DNA of 64,000 nucleotides from Vitrella brassicaformis CCMP3155 (taxonomy: Eukaryota > Protista > Chromerida), in assembly GCA_001179505.1 (NCBI GenBank), contig CDMY01000356.1, positions 62,001-126,000 on the forward strand. Direction: 5' to 3'. Of the stretch, positions 1 to 12,093 are shown one piece after another; within the stretch, counting starts at the first letter, position 1; every line of letters begins with the position of its first letter. The position numbers and the translations under genes are program-made. The notes below the pieces were generated by a model, which worked only from the letters and a program-made list of their open reading frames with translations, ran no database searches and was not told the DNA's origin.

Positions 1-1993
1 CCCGACAGGCACGGCGTCACGTGCCTGAGTGTCCAGGGGAAAAGTCGAGCTGAAGCGACTCGGGCTCTCCTCAGCTGCCGGTGGGGCCCACTGAATGGAT
101 TGAATGGACTCGGCTGCTGGGGGGCGGAGGTCCTGCATGGGGCTGTGGGAGGGTGGCGGGGTAACTGCGGGGTGACTCTCGATGTTTTGTTTGAAGTGGC
201 GTGTGATGCGCTCCATGGTGCGGAGATTCTGCGCCCACGACTCGGCGAGGGAGGAGAAGGAGGCGGGGCACTCCTTGGCTATGTCGGTGATGTACTGCTG
301 CACCACTTGGTCCAGGATCTGCAACTACACAGTCGCAGACACAACGAGCACGTATAGTATGTGTGATTGACGATGGGAGAGACGGCCGGTACCATACCTT
401 GGTGTCGCCATCGTGGTCCCCCTCGCCACCCTCCAGACGACCAACGCTCACACGAGGCATCATCCCGCCCCCACTGCTAAGCCGCGACCTCTCCTTCTCC
501 CTCTCCCCCGCCCCCTCTCGCACCCTCTTGCCCACTTGTGACCCAACACGCTTGCCAACACCCTCTGTACTTCGTCTCGCCGCCTCTGGCCCTTCTCCCC
601 CCAAAGCCGCCGCCTTCGGTCGCCGCACTGGCCGCATGCCAGCCTGTGACGGCGCTGCTGTGCTGCTCGTCAGGCCGCTCGCATGCGAAGGCGATCGCGT
701 GAGGTGCTTCTTGGCCTCCTTCGGCTTGTTCGTCCGGGGAAGGTCTTGCTGCCTGTCCTTCCTCTTGTCGATGAGCGACAGCTGTGCCAAGCTGGCCTGA
801 CGACTGAGGCCAGCACCGCCCTTGAGGAATGCCGCCACGGACGAGTGCGCCTCGGACAGCCGTGCGGCCTTGGTGCCGTGGGTCAGCCGATGCGCGGCGA
901 TCTCCTTCGCGAGCAGACAGCACTGAAAGAGAGAGGGGGATGGCTCGGGGTGGGCGGGGATGCAGAGGAAGACCACACAGGGCCCTGCGTGTCCTGTGAG
1001 GGGGGCTCGGAGTAGGTCCAGCAGAGGGTGCGATGGCCTCGCGTGTTTGCGGGCATCCAGCAATGAGATGACGGCCTCAATGGAGGGAGAAGGGGCAGCA
1101 GCGTCCACCGACGAGCTGTCATCGGGCGGCGCCGCAATCTCGACAAACGTGAAATGGAACTCTGTCGACATTTCATTTCATCTCCCCTTGTTGCCTGCCT
1201 GTCTCTCTGCTCGCTGTTTACCTCTACTCTGATGTACGATGGTGGCCTGGGTGCGAGGAGGCTTGATGACGACCCTATAGCAGGTGTGAGTGGCGGCCGG
1301 GGCTGCCTGTCGCATGCCCGCCGTGTACACGTCGAAGAGGTTCTGCATGTCGCCGCGCCAGTCGTGCCACGCAGCGGCCTCCGTATCCGATGAATCCGCC
1401 TGACACATACGTAGCGTAGATGTTGATGCATTCAGATGTAGGTGTATGTATGCTTTCTCTTCTTGATCTGACGTACTTACCCGATACTCAATGAACTGAG
1501 CCTTTGCCCGGGCCCCCTGCATGCCGTCCTCCTTGACGGCATCCTGCAGCTTCTGCAGACACCGCGGCACCGCCCCAAACTCCTTTGGCGCGATAGTGGC
1601 CCTCTCACCCTCACGCAAGAACCCGCCGCCCAGCGTGTAAGACTTGCCGCCGGCCTGCGGCCCAATCGCCACCACAGTCAAGCCCGTCCCATCCCTCACT
1701 GCTCGTCGCACCCTCGCCGCTGTCCTGTGAGCCACGGCCTCCTGCGTCTCGCAAACACCGTCACAGTCAATGGAATAAGCCGCCTTGCCGTCGCTGATGA
1801 CCGTCAGGCGCTGCCGGGCTTGGTCAGGGTGGACGCCCGGGCCATTATCGTGATGATGGTCGTCCTCATGATGGACCCGGGGAGGTGACGGGCGGACTCT
1901 CAGGAACATTTGCAGTGAGGGCGAGGGCCGGCTTCCAGGAAACCGGGTGTTGGGCGGTGTCCGGGGATTAACCGCTTGCCGAACCATAGCCAT
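1..1993 (-). CDS. Degenerate kinesin motor-domain protein (multi-exon, 3' end runs off the window)
   Basis: Spliced ORFs 1178..1993 and 71..1171, plus a further exon from ~325 to the window edge. GT-AG introns 1480-1400, 1221-1162 and 397-~325 keep frame. Kinesin landmarks in order: FLRVRP, P-loop GPQAGGKSYTL, GAVPR, FTFVEIA (DLAGSE position), LLDLLRAPLTG. Confidence 0.7.
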
Positions 1994-2112
1994 CTCGACC
2001 TTCTAAAAAAAAAGTCACCCGGAGGGAGGACTCCGGGTCGGGGAAAGGAGGCGATCTCGAATCAGGGTTTGTGGGGTCTAGGGTTCTAGAAACCCGGGGG
2101 TTCTGAGAGAAC

Positions 2113-2772
2113 ATGGGCGAAGAGGAGTCTGCGTACACGCTGACGTTGCCCGACGGCACGGCTCAGCCCAAGTCGCGGGACTTCACCGGGCAAGCCACCG
2201 CAGCCTACCCCAATGGCGATACCTACGAGGTCAGCACGGCACGGCTGCATCCATCCCACATCCATCCACCTTTGCCCCTCCTGCATGCCGTCCATCCATC
2301 CATCCATTGTCGTGTGATGTGATCTTTCCCCTCTCTATGTGTATCAGGGTCAGTTTGCGGGCGGTCTGCGTCACGGCAAGGGCGTGTACACGTTCAAGAA
2401 CGGCGATAAGTATACGGGCTTCTTCGAGTACAACAAAAAGTCGGGACTCGGCCGCATCGACTATGCCAAGGGCGGATTCTACCATGGTATGCAGTGCACT
2501 GCATCTGTCTGCACCATCTATCTATCTGCAAACGATATAGATCCTATCATTGTGTGGTGTGTGGTGTGGATGGTGTTGCAATGCATCCAGGTTACTTCGT
2601 GAATGGGAACCGTGAGGGTGAGGGCACGTTCAAGTACGCCAGCGGGGACTACTACTCCGGCCAGTGGCACCGCGGCCTCAAACACGGCAAAGGCACATAC
2701 GTCTACCACACCACCAAACAGCAGGTAGCCTGGCAGCCTACACAGACACAGACGCACACACACACACTCAAC

Positions 2773-2803
<31 letters not shown>

Positions 2804-3244
2804 CACAGACGCCACGCACCAAGCCAACACAACACGTGTCCATTTCCATGTGTGTGCATGGCATGTGTGTGTCGTGAGGTGCAGCTGGTGGGTGAGTGGG
2901 ATAGCGGTTCGTTGTGCAAGGGGCAGTGGGTGTGGCGCGGCGGCCCGCAGTACATCGGTCGGTTCAGCCACAACAAGCCGGCCGGCAAGGGCCTGTGGGT
3001 GTTCGCCAACGGGTGCCAGGTCGAGGGCACCTACACCCAGCGCATCCTGCCCGTAGACAACCCACTGCTGCTACCCAAACCCGAGAAGCCGCCCACCGAC
3101 GAGGGCAAGGAAGAAGGGGAGGCCGGAGAGGAGGGGGAGGAGGCCGCCGCAGCAGCCGCAGCGGCCAAGGTCAAGGTGCTGACGGAGGTGAAGCTCAAGT
3201 GGCAGACGGACAAGGTCGCCACACTCAAACCCAAACACCCCTAG
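2113..3244 (+). CDS. RSPH1: MORN-repeat protein, radial spoke head 1-like
   Basis: Exons 2113-2229, 2348-2486, 2591-2724 and 2885-3244 join in frame via GT-AG introns. Tandem MORN repeats (YEGQFAGGLRHGKGVYTFKNGDKY, YHGYFVNGNREGEGTFKYASGDYY, YSGQWHRGLKHGKGTY) are followed by an acidic tail. RSPH1 orthology is a guess from size and architecture. Confidence 0.75.
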
Positions 3245-3552
3245 CAATAGCATAGGGTGGACAGACAGATAGAGAGGGAGGGGAGAAGGGACGGGGCGGG
3301 GCGGGGCGGCAGAGGGACGGACGGCTGCTTAGTGAGTGGATGCATGGCATGGCATGGCATGGCATGGCGGGTGAGTGTGAGTGCGAGTCTGAGAGCAGCT
3401 TGTAGATTTGCATGTATGTATGTGTGACTAAGTGACATACAGTACGTACACGTGTGTGTATATATGCACCGGGGCTGGCTTGATTCATGACGTGTGTGCG
3501 CTGCCGAATGAATGCCTGCATCTCTAACCCAATTTTACGATCCATCTCTTCC

Positions 3553-4731
3553 ATGCGTCGTGTAGAGCCCAAGAAGCGGGGCGGGTACGCTTCTGCCAAG
3601 AGCAGCTGCCGTCCGAGTGCATCCGCCAGCCTCAAGGGCAGGTCTGCCCCACAGCAGCACGAGTCTGCCGGATCTGCCGTGCTGAGGACCGTAGGCGGGA
3701 TAAGGGAGGGCTGCGGTTATCTCCTGGGTACCTGGAGGCGGACGCACTTCTCGCCTGATATCTTCCCGCAAGGTAGGAGCATGGCGGCTGGCTTGTCCAT
3801 CCCAGCTGGCTATCTCTTTGTTAATTCCCGTCTGCAGCGTTGAATGGTGCCGGGTCGGTGGCTCATCTGGACGAGTAAGATGCAGAACACAACCACAACT
3901 TGCGGCGGCCCTGCGCAAGGCAGCCAGCCACATGTCATGTGCTGTTTGCACTGAACAACCTTTGCAGTCTTGACGCCGAGTATGGCAACGTGTGGCGGTT
4001 TGTATTTCTGAATGATGAGGGGCATTTCATCCTCGAGTGCACCAACCCAGGGCCAGGGACAGCCAAGGATAGCGGGGATCATGGGTCATCGGCCTTCCTC
4101 ACGCCCGACCTCTCCCTCGACCCTCACAGAGGTATTATATATGGAGGCAATCTCGGAGGGAGACGCTCACTCACCGCATCAGTGTGTGTTTGTGCGTATT
4201 TCAGGCCGTGCTGCGGTGCTGGAGCTCATTCCCTATCCGCCGTGCGTATGTCACACACGCACTCACTCACTCACTGCATGGTCGTGTTGCTGTGCTGTGC
4301 TGTGCGGTGGATGGTGGATGTACGTATTCATTGCATGTAATGAATGCGATGCGCCTGCAGGTTTCGGGAGGGGCCCACGGATGTGGGTCTGATGATCAAG
4401 GCGGAGGCGTCGGATTTGGTGCTGTGCAGTGCGGAGAGTACCAAGTCGGTGCACCTCCTCACCCAGCACGAGGCAAACACCACAAAGACCGGCGAGGCAG
4501 GTCAGTCAGTCAGTCAGTCAGTAAGTCAGCAAACACAATTAACACGCAGATGCAGACAGACACAGATATATCTTATACACACACAATCGGGGAGACAGAG
4601 AGACGGCACTGTCTGTGTGTGTGTGTGTGTGAGTGGTGTTGTCAGGGTGTTGTGGTTGGGTGTACAACATAGCGTGGGAGGCGACCCCTGATGAGGACAT
4701 CGCCCTCGAGCTCGGCGAGTACGCACACTGA
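3553..4731 (+). CDS. Hypothetical multi-exon protein, no recognised domain
   Basis: Six exons join in frame across five GT-AG introns (..FPQ|ALNG..HLD|DLDAEYGNVWRFVFLNDEGHFILECTN..HR|GRAAVLELIPYP|PFREGPTDVG..GEA|GCCGWVYNIAWEATPDEDIALELGEYAH*). Confidence 0.6.
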
Positions 4732-6194
4732 ACGAACGAATGGGTGGGTGGGTGCTTTGAATGCACGTAGAGGTAGACAGACTGTTTCAAGTCGACTCGA
4801 CGTGCGTCCGTATGAGTGAGTTCCCTGTATATATGCCTGCCTGTCAAGCTATGCTATCCCCTCTGTCATGTCATCGGCTGCCTGCCTGCCGGCCTCTCAC
4901 TCACTCACTCCCTCACTCACGGCTCCTTGCTCTCCTCGCCTCGCGGCACGAGTACCACGCACATAGGGATGCATCGACTCGACACACGTACGGCACGGCA
5001 CGGCACGCTCACACCACCTCCCTCGTCGACGGACACAGCACACCAAGAGACTCACGAAAAAGACGACAACACTCCACCACATCGCACCAGAGAGCAACCA
5101 CGCATTGGTCGATTCGTTATCCATTCACGGCAGCAGCAGCAGCAGCAGCAGAAGGCGGCTGGCATTAGCGTTTCCATCACCCTGCCCATCCCCCCCTCTC
5201 GAGAGGGGATGTGCGGCCGGCGACGACCACGCCAATGATGCACAGCCGGCCAGCTGCCGCCACGACCCAGCGCGACATGACCGCCCACACACCAACATCC
5301 GGTGCACAGCACACATCTGGACCGCTACGGCAAAGGGAGATGGCAAGACTGACTGCATTCAGTCGACCCGACGCCCAACGATCAGACAGAGAGAGAAAGG
5401 GATGGGTACACGAGTTAGCTAGAGGGAGTTGATTAAACGCTCTTGCAGCCAGCCAGTCAGACAGCCACCCAGGCATCCATCCATCAAAACGCAGGAGGCA
5501 GTCCCTCAGACCCGTCTGCCTCCTCGAGAGTGAGAGATTCGAGCATACATACCATACGTACAGTATATGTGAATGCATTCATTGATATTATGCATAGGCC
5601 CAAAAAGCGCCGCCCCGCACGCACACATGGCATCCATCCCATCGCACCAACCACACAGACAGAGCATCGATCGCATCGCCCGTCTCCCTCTCTCTCCGTG
5701 TATACAAACCCGCCACGCTAAGCCAGATAGATAGATATACACCACTTCACTGCATCTGTGTACCCGACCTGCTGACTGACTGACTGAAGAGCTCTCACCC
5801 TCTACCTCCCTCTCTCTCTCGGACAAAACCATGACGCGCCCCTGTCATTCATCCCTCCCCTCTCTCGCGTACATACATAGTCCAGTCAGACCAAAATTGT
5901 GGGTTGGCCCCTGACGGAGTGGGTGAGTGAGGAGACAGACAGACAGACAGAGAGGCAGACAGACGGACAAGCAATACAGTCGAAATACGTTGTGTACATA
6001 CCTAGGAAGAAAGATTGTTTGGCAGCCAGACCCTCCCCCGTCCCCCCTCTCCTGTCCTCTCTCACCGCTCTCCTCTCTCAAAGAATGAAAGAAAGATGTA
6101 TGGGATACATACATATGTACACACTCAAACAACGACAACAACAACAACAACAAAAGGCGCAAACCACAAACAAACAAACGTGCCGACCGACCGT

Positions 6195-8381
6195 CTATGG
6201 CTGATGGTAGAGCACCACAGCAGGCGCCACTCGAGCGGGCATTGTGAGGCGGGGGCGGGGGCGGGTGGGGGATGGGAGGGAGGGGTCGAGTCGGCTCTGC
6301 TGCTTTGTGGTTGCGGTGGTAGTGGTCTGGTCGGGCACGATGGCGTTGAGGAGGTCCTTGATGTGCTCGTTGATGAGCATGAGGAAGTAAAACGATATGA
6401 ATCCGCGCGCAATGTGCACACTCATACCTGCAGCAGCAGGGGCAAGAAAGAGATGAGAGGAGCCGAAGGTTGGTGCGTATACGTCGGTGTCTCTGTCTCA
6501 CCTCCGTAGAGGCCTCTGATGCCCTCCTCGCGAGCCACAAGAGCTGTCGCCTGCCACACATTCCTGAATTAACAAAGCCAGCATACATACCCGGGGGGAA
6601 GACAGCAACGCTCACGGACCGCCTGACTGAATGGCCTTTACATTTCCTTCCTTGTTGTGTTTGTCTGTGTGCGGTGCGCATACCTACCGGTATCTGCCTC
6701 CCTCGAAGAGTCGTGTGCGGACCACCTCATGGGGATAGGTCGCCAGGATGGCAACCACCTTGGAACACGCCGATGCAAACGATATCTGACCAGTGGACGG
6801 ACATTATAGCATCGAGTTCACAGCATGCAGTCGTGTCTCGGATAGATCTGTGGATGCTCACCCACCTCGGCCTTTGAGAGCGCCTTGAGGGGCTCCACGC
6901 CCTGAGACGCCCGCGACTGATTCTCCCTGCAACGCAACGCAAGGCATAGTACACACACATTCAAACATAAGTTATGGCCTGACATCCATCCATCCATGCC
7001 ATGCATACGATGCGGTGCACTGAACACGACAGGCACGTACACATTGAGTCGTTTCCTCTTGTAGAACTCGAATGTGTGCCAGAAGACGAGCCCCTCGGCG
7101 ATGCCAAAGTAGGAGGCCAAGTTGCCCTTGAAGAACCCACGAAGACCCTCGGTGGACCAGATGTTCCGCACCTGACATATCGTCGCCGCCAACCGACCCT
7201 GACCCTGACACACAACACAACACAACACAACACACGCACGTGAGACCACTCGCATGGCATAGCATAGCATACACACATACACGACTGACTGACTGCATGG
7301 CTGGCTTACTTAACTAACTTACCGCAGTGATGGTGTCGGCTGCCTTTGAAGCGGCCAGCTGGCATTTGGTGCCGACCATGAAGAAGGGGTTGGTGGCCGT
7401 GTAGGCACTCAGCCCCGCCACGATGGCAGCGATGCTCGTGGACCACGACCCGTCGCCCAGCCGCCTCAGACAGGCCGCCTTGGTGCCCTCGTACGACGCG
7501 AAGTACACTCCCTTCTTGCCAAACACCCCAAGAGACGTCCACACGGACCCCTTCCAGAAACCTTTGAGGCTCGAGGCGTCGTAGATGCTGCCCACCACCT
7601 TGGGGATCTGTCTGAGCCCGCCGCCATTGGACTGCAGCTGCGTCCGCACCACGTCGATGGGCGAGCAGAAGACGTTGGCCACGGACGCCCCCAGCCCCCC
7701 CGCCACACCGCCCTTGACGAACTTCTTGATCCATGCGGGCGACAGCACCACCACTGTGGCCGGTTCGCTGGTGCGGGGGATGGCTGGAGCTGGCCTCTGC
7801 CGACGGGGGGAGGCCGTCGACGCCTTCTCGTCCTTGCCAGAGCCATCCTGCATCCTGAAGGCCCTCTTGATCTTGGATGCGAGGCGGGTCGAGGGCGCCT
7901 CGCCGGCCAGGGGGGCGGTGGGTGGTGTGATGACCCTCCTGGCGTGGCTCAGCTGCCGCGGAATGACGTCGAGGAACGACTTGGACGGGGCGGCGTGGGC
8001 GGATGGGGCGGCTGACGAGGCCGAGAGGGCGAGAAGCACGAAGGCCAGTGTGAGTGGGCGGGTGTTGTGCTGCTGGCAGCACGACGCTGGCTCCTTCTGG
8101 GTGTGAGCGAGGAAGCTCTGGAGGACGACGGGCAGCGAGACTCCACACTGGGCCATGATGATGAGCACCGCCAGGCAGGTGACGTACTCGACGTCAGCAC
8201 AGATGCCGCACAGGGCCCGCACCAGCCGCTGCATGTCATCGTGCTGTCGGTGTGCGCACGTGGCCGAGGCCGAGGCCGCTGCCGCATCTCTCCTGAACTC
8301 AAAATCGTCGACAAACGTCAGGGATCTCATCATGCACCTAGTGGGGACAGAGTCAGTCGCACTCACACACGCGACCTTCAC
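6195..8381 (-). CDS. Mitochondrial carrier family (SLC25) protein with long N-terminal extension; SLC25A32/33/36-NDT-like nucleotide/cofactor carrier clade (tentative)
   Basis: Three carrier repeats with Px[DE]xx[KR]-type signatures: SPIDVVRTQLQ, TNPFFMVGTKCQL and TYPHEVVRTRLF. Linker motifs EGLRGFFKG and EEGIRGLYGG are present. Start codon uncertain (8381, 8234 or 8156). Confidence 0.85.
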
Positions 8382-8422
8382 AAAAGCAGGCGCAAGAGGC
8401 GGGCGATCGCGGGGGAGGCGTC

Positions 8423-8430
8423 TGCGAGCT
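8423..8430 (+). promoter_or_regulatory. TGCGAGCT candidate promoter element (carrier / RING pair), followed directly by TATAAG
   Basis: Exact 8-mer that recurs in six divergent intergenic regions of this window. Confidence 0.55.
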
Positions 8431-8458
8431 TATAAGTAGCTGTGGCTTTAGCGTCCAC

Positions 8459-11400
8459 ATGATTTCATGTTCCGAGTACATCCCGACTGGTGACGATGCA
8501 GGCGCCGACCGACAACAGAGGCACTGGAGGCAACCTGCTTCCCCCCTGGCCCACGATACTGCCACGACCGGTGAGGAGTGCCGGCACCGAGAGTGCAAAC
8601 ACCCTCAGAGTCGTGGGGTGGCCACGTGGACTGCAAGTGGACGGCGAGAACATACGTTAGTTAAGATCATTGCAAAGATCCGCCTACGTGCAGCTGAGCT
8701 CCCGTGTTTGCTCTGCTGTATGCATGCAGCCGCTTCAACGGGCTTGACCTTTTCCACAGTTACATGGACACTTTTGGAGCGGTATGTATGGTATCATGTG
8801 AGCTGCCAATCACAGACATCTCTGTTGGTTGTGTATGTGTTCTTTCTCTGCAGGCGGCCAAGCTGGATCCGACGCCTCGTCGCTGTCCCATTGTGGTGGC
8901 GGCGAGGGTGTGCTTGCCTGTCGACCCCGAGCAGGGCGAGATAGTGGCTGATCTGCTGCTGCATGACGAGCTGAGCAGGGAGGTGCTGCTGTCGCTACCC
9001 AAGCAGCTGCTCCTTGACGTGGGTGACGACCAGACGTGGGAGGGCAAGGACGAGGCTGAGCGCATCGAGATAGCCTACCATGACGTGTAAGTAAAGCTTT
9101 ACACACATACCCTGACTGGCTCCCTCCCGCACACCTAGCTACCAGGGGAATCGATCATTCACTCATTCATGTCATGTCATGTGTGCGGTGGGTGTTATGT
9201 TTGTAGGGCCACGTCAGCCGTCGCTTCAGAAGGAAGACGACTGACAGACCCCGAAGAGCGACAACGTCAGTCAGTAGGAAGGAGATGAATGACATGTGAT
9301 GCGTGGGTCTGTCTGTCTTGTTCTCACAAATGCCTTTTGTGTGGCTGGCTGTCCGTGTCACTCATCCTGTCTGTCTGTCTGTCTGTCAGTGGCCCGTCTG
9401 ATGGAGCCAGATGGCGGGCGCGACGATGCTGCCGTCCAAGTCATCGGCCTGCACAAGCCGCCCGAGTGGGACCTGCCCACCCTGCAGAATGCCATCAACA
9501 CATGCTTCGAGAGCCTAAACTACGATCTCTACGTGGAGGACGCTACTCCGCCCACAGTGGTCCGCGCCAATGAGGGCGAGGACGTGTGCATGCTTCGCTG
9601 CAGCGACATGGACTTCGCGACGCTGCTGCTGCGCATGAGGTGTCTGCACCTGGGGGTGGACCGCGAAATGTGCGGGACGAATGCGAAGCCCGGATCGTCC
9701 TCCATCTATGTGTCGGAGACTTACATAGAGCTCATTACGTGGTTGCAGGAGAGGCAGCATGCCATCGATCAGGGACAGACGAGGTGAGGTGAGAGAGATG
9801 GGTCCCCGGGGGGCGGAGGGAGGGAGGGAGGGAGGGAGGGAGGGCACGGTGTGTGTGTTGGTGTGTTGGTGTGTGTGCTGTCCACCAGCTATGCAGCATT
9901 CAAGCCCTACCTCTGCTTGCCCAAGCTCATCGATGACGGCAGGTGTGGTACACACAACGGCGGGGCGGGCAGCGCAGCGTGTATGGTGTGTATGTTTGTC
10001 TGCCTGGCCTGCCTGCATCATTCATTCATTGCATGCCATGGATGGGAGGGATGTGTGTTGATTGGTGTCTGTTTCATTCAGCCGACCTGGGGTGGCACCG
10101 AATCATCCAACAGAGCCGGTCGCCCCTCCCCCTCTCCCTCCCCCAGCAGCAGCAGCAGCGGCAGCCAACAGCGACATGGCGGACTCGTCTGACGCCGCCA
10201 ATCGCACGCCGTCCCCTCCTGCCCCTGCCATGCCCACTGGCCCGCCAGCTGCCCCCCCGCCAGCTGCCCCACCTCTCCCCCCAGCGGCTGACAGCGAGGA
10301 CACAGAGAGCGACGAAGGACGGGCAGCAAAGAGGAAGAAGGGCCAGGCCAAGGGCAAGGGTAAGGGCAAGAAGGGTGGCCTTGCTGCAGCCACCCGTGCC
10401 GCGAACAAGAGTCTGGATCTCCTGGCTGCCGAGCCAGAAGCTGCGCCCAAAGAGAAGACTCCGCCATCAGTGCAGCACAAGGCTGGTCCGTCGGCAGAGC
10501 GGCAGCAGCGTCCTGCTATCGTTGCGAAGGCTCCCCCACCGCCATTGCTGCCTTCATCTCCAGCAGCAGCAACCATTTCTCTCCCCACTGGCGCTGTCAG
10601 GCCCCCAGCTGGACCCTTAGCTGGCAGGAGGGACAATCTGCCTCTGAAGCAGGGGCTGGGCGCACCTGTGCCGATTGTGCCACCACCCAAACCACCCACA
10701 GCCACTGACAATATGCCCCTCGCCGCAGCCGCCGCCGCAGCAGTAGCAGCAAGGGCACGGCCTGTGATGGTGGACAAGGGTGTGCAGAAGGACCACATCT
10801 TCATAGAGAAGCTGTCGACCAAGAAGAAGCGGCGGAGGCAGGGTGAGAATGGGGCTGAGGGAGACACGCTCGACGGGCAGCCGCAGGCGGGCGGGGCCAA
10901 GACCGCGACGCCGGAGCCAGTCGTGCCACCGGCCAAGAGGCCGAAGGTAGGTGGGTAGCTGGGTGCACGCCACACAAGACCAGAAGCAAGTAATATATGG
11001 TGTGACTAGATGTCTGTCTGTCTGTCTGTCTGTCTGTGTACCAGGTTGCTGCGGTTGCACCGCCAGACCATCATGGGTGGGTGAGCTCATTCACAATTAG
11101 AAGCCGACAGACATGTGTTGTGCTTGAATGGATGGATGGATGGATGGATCCTTGTGTGTATTATGTGTTGCATTGTGTTGTGTAACGCAGGCCTGGTGCG
11201 GGTGGTGGTGGTGCTGCCGTCCTTCTCAATGGCGACCGCCACACCGAAGAAAACCGAAGATTGCGTGACCAGTGAGCCGGCCGCCCACTCATGTGTGTGC
11301 TCATCAACGGATGGATCAGCACCGATGCATGCATGTGTGCGTATGTGTGTGTGTGTGTGTGTGTTAGTGTTGAGCGCCTCAAGAAGACATTGGCGGAATC

Positions 11401-11860
11401 CAAGTCGAGTGTGGCGGGCCAGAAGGCCAAGTACAAAGGTCTTCTCGACCTGATTAAGGGACAGAAGCAGGAGATCGCGGAGCTGCAGGGCTACCGGGAG
11501 GCGACCAGCGCCAAGCTGCAGTGCGTCCAGTGTCGCCGCCGAGAGGTACGTAGGTATCACCACCTTTCACCACCCATCTCCTCCCCGTGTGAGTGTGTTG
11601 TGTAGATGAGCATCATTCTGCATCCGTGTGGTCACGGTTTGTGTGAGGGGTGCTACAAGGGCATGTCGTCGGTGAGGCCTGAGTGCCCCGAGTGCAGGAC
11701 GCACGTTGCTCACGCCACTCATATGAAAAATGCATTGGCCGGGGAGGGGAGGGGAGGGGAGGACCTAGCTAGATTGATTAGATTGGGGTCGGTGGCAGGG
11801 CCGGCACTTCACGTCACGTGTGCAGTGCATGGCTCTCTTGACTTCCATGTGCGTGAGTGA
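8459..11860 (+). CDS. C-terminal RING-HC E3 ligase-like protein with RRM-like domain, Pro/Ala-rich linker and coiled coil
   Basis: About 10 exons join in frame. RING: CVQCRRRE|MSIILHPCGHGLCEGCYKGMSSVRPECPECR. It is preceded by a heptad region (LKKTLAESKSS..EIAELQGYRE). RRM-like segment at 9420-9660. The 3' end is uncertain. Confidence 0.75.
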
Positions 11861-12093
11861 GTGAAGGGGTTGATTAAGTGCTTCATGGCACGGAGAGTTA
11901 ATGCGGCGTCCAACTCATGTATCTCAGTCAGTCAACTAACTCTGGCAAATAAGAATTGACGTGGGGTCGGCAGTTAACTAACTGTATCTATGTCAGTCGC
12001 TTCAAGCTTGAGAGGGAGGACAAAAACAAAAAGAGAAATGCACCGCGCTCGGCTCGCCACCCAGCCACCCATCCCCTTTGGTTATCCATTCGT

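Noticed and set aside
2017-2100. Short inverted repeats (cccggag..ctccggg; gggttctagaaaccc) in the kinesin/RSPH1 gap
   Set aside because: Stems of 7 bp or less are expected by chance in GC-rich DNA and do not recur in the other promoters.
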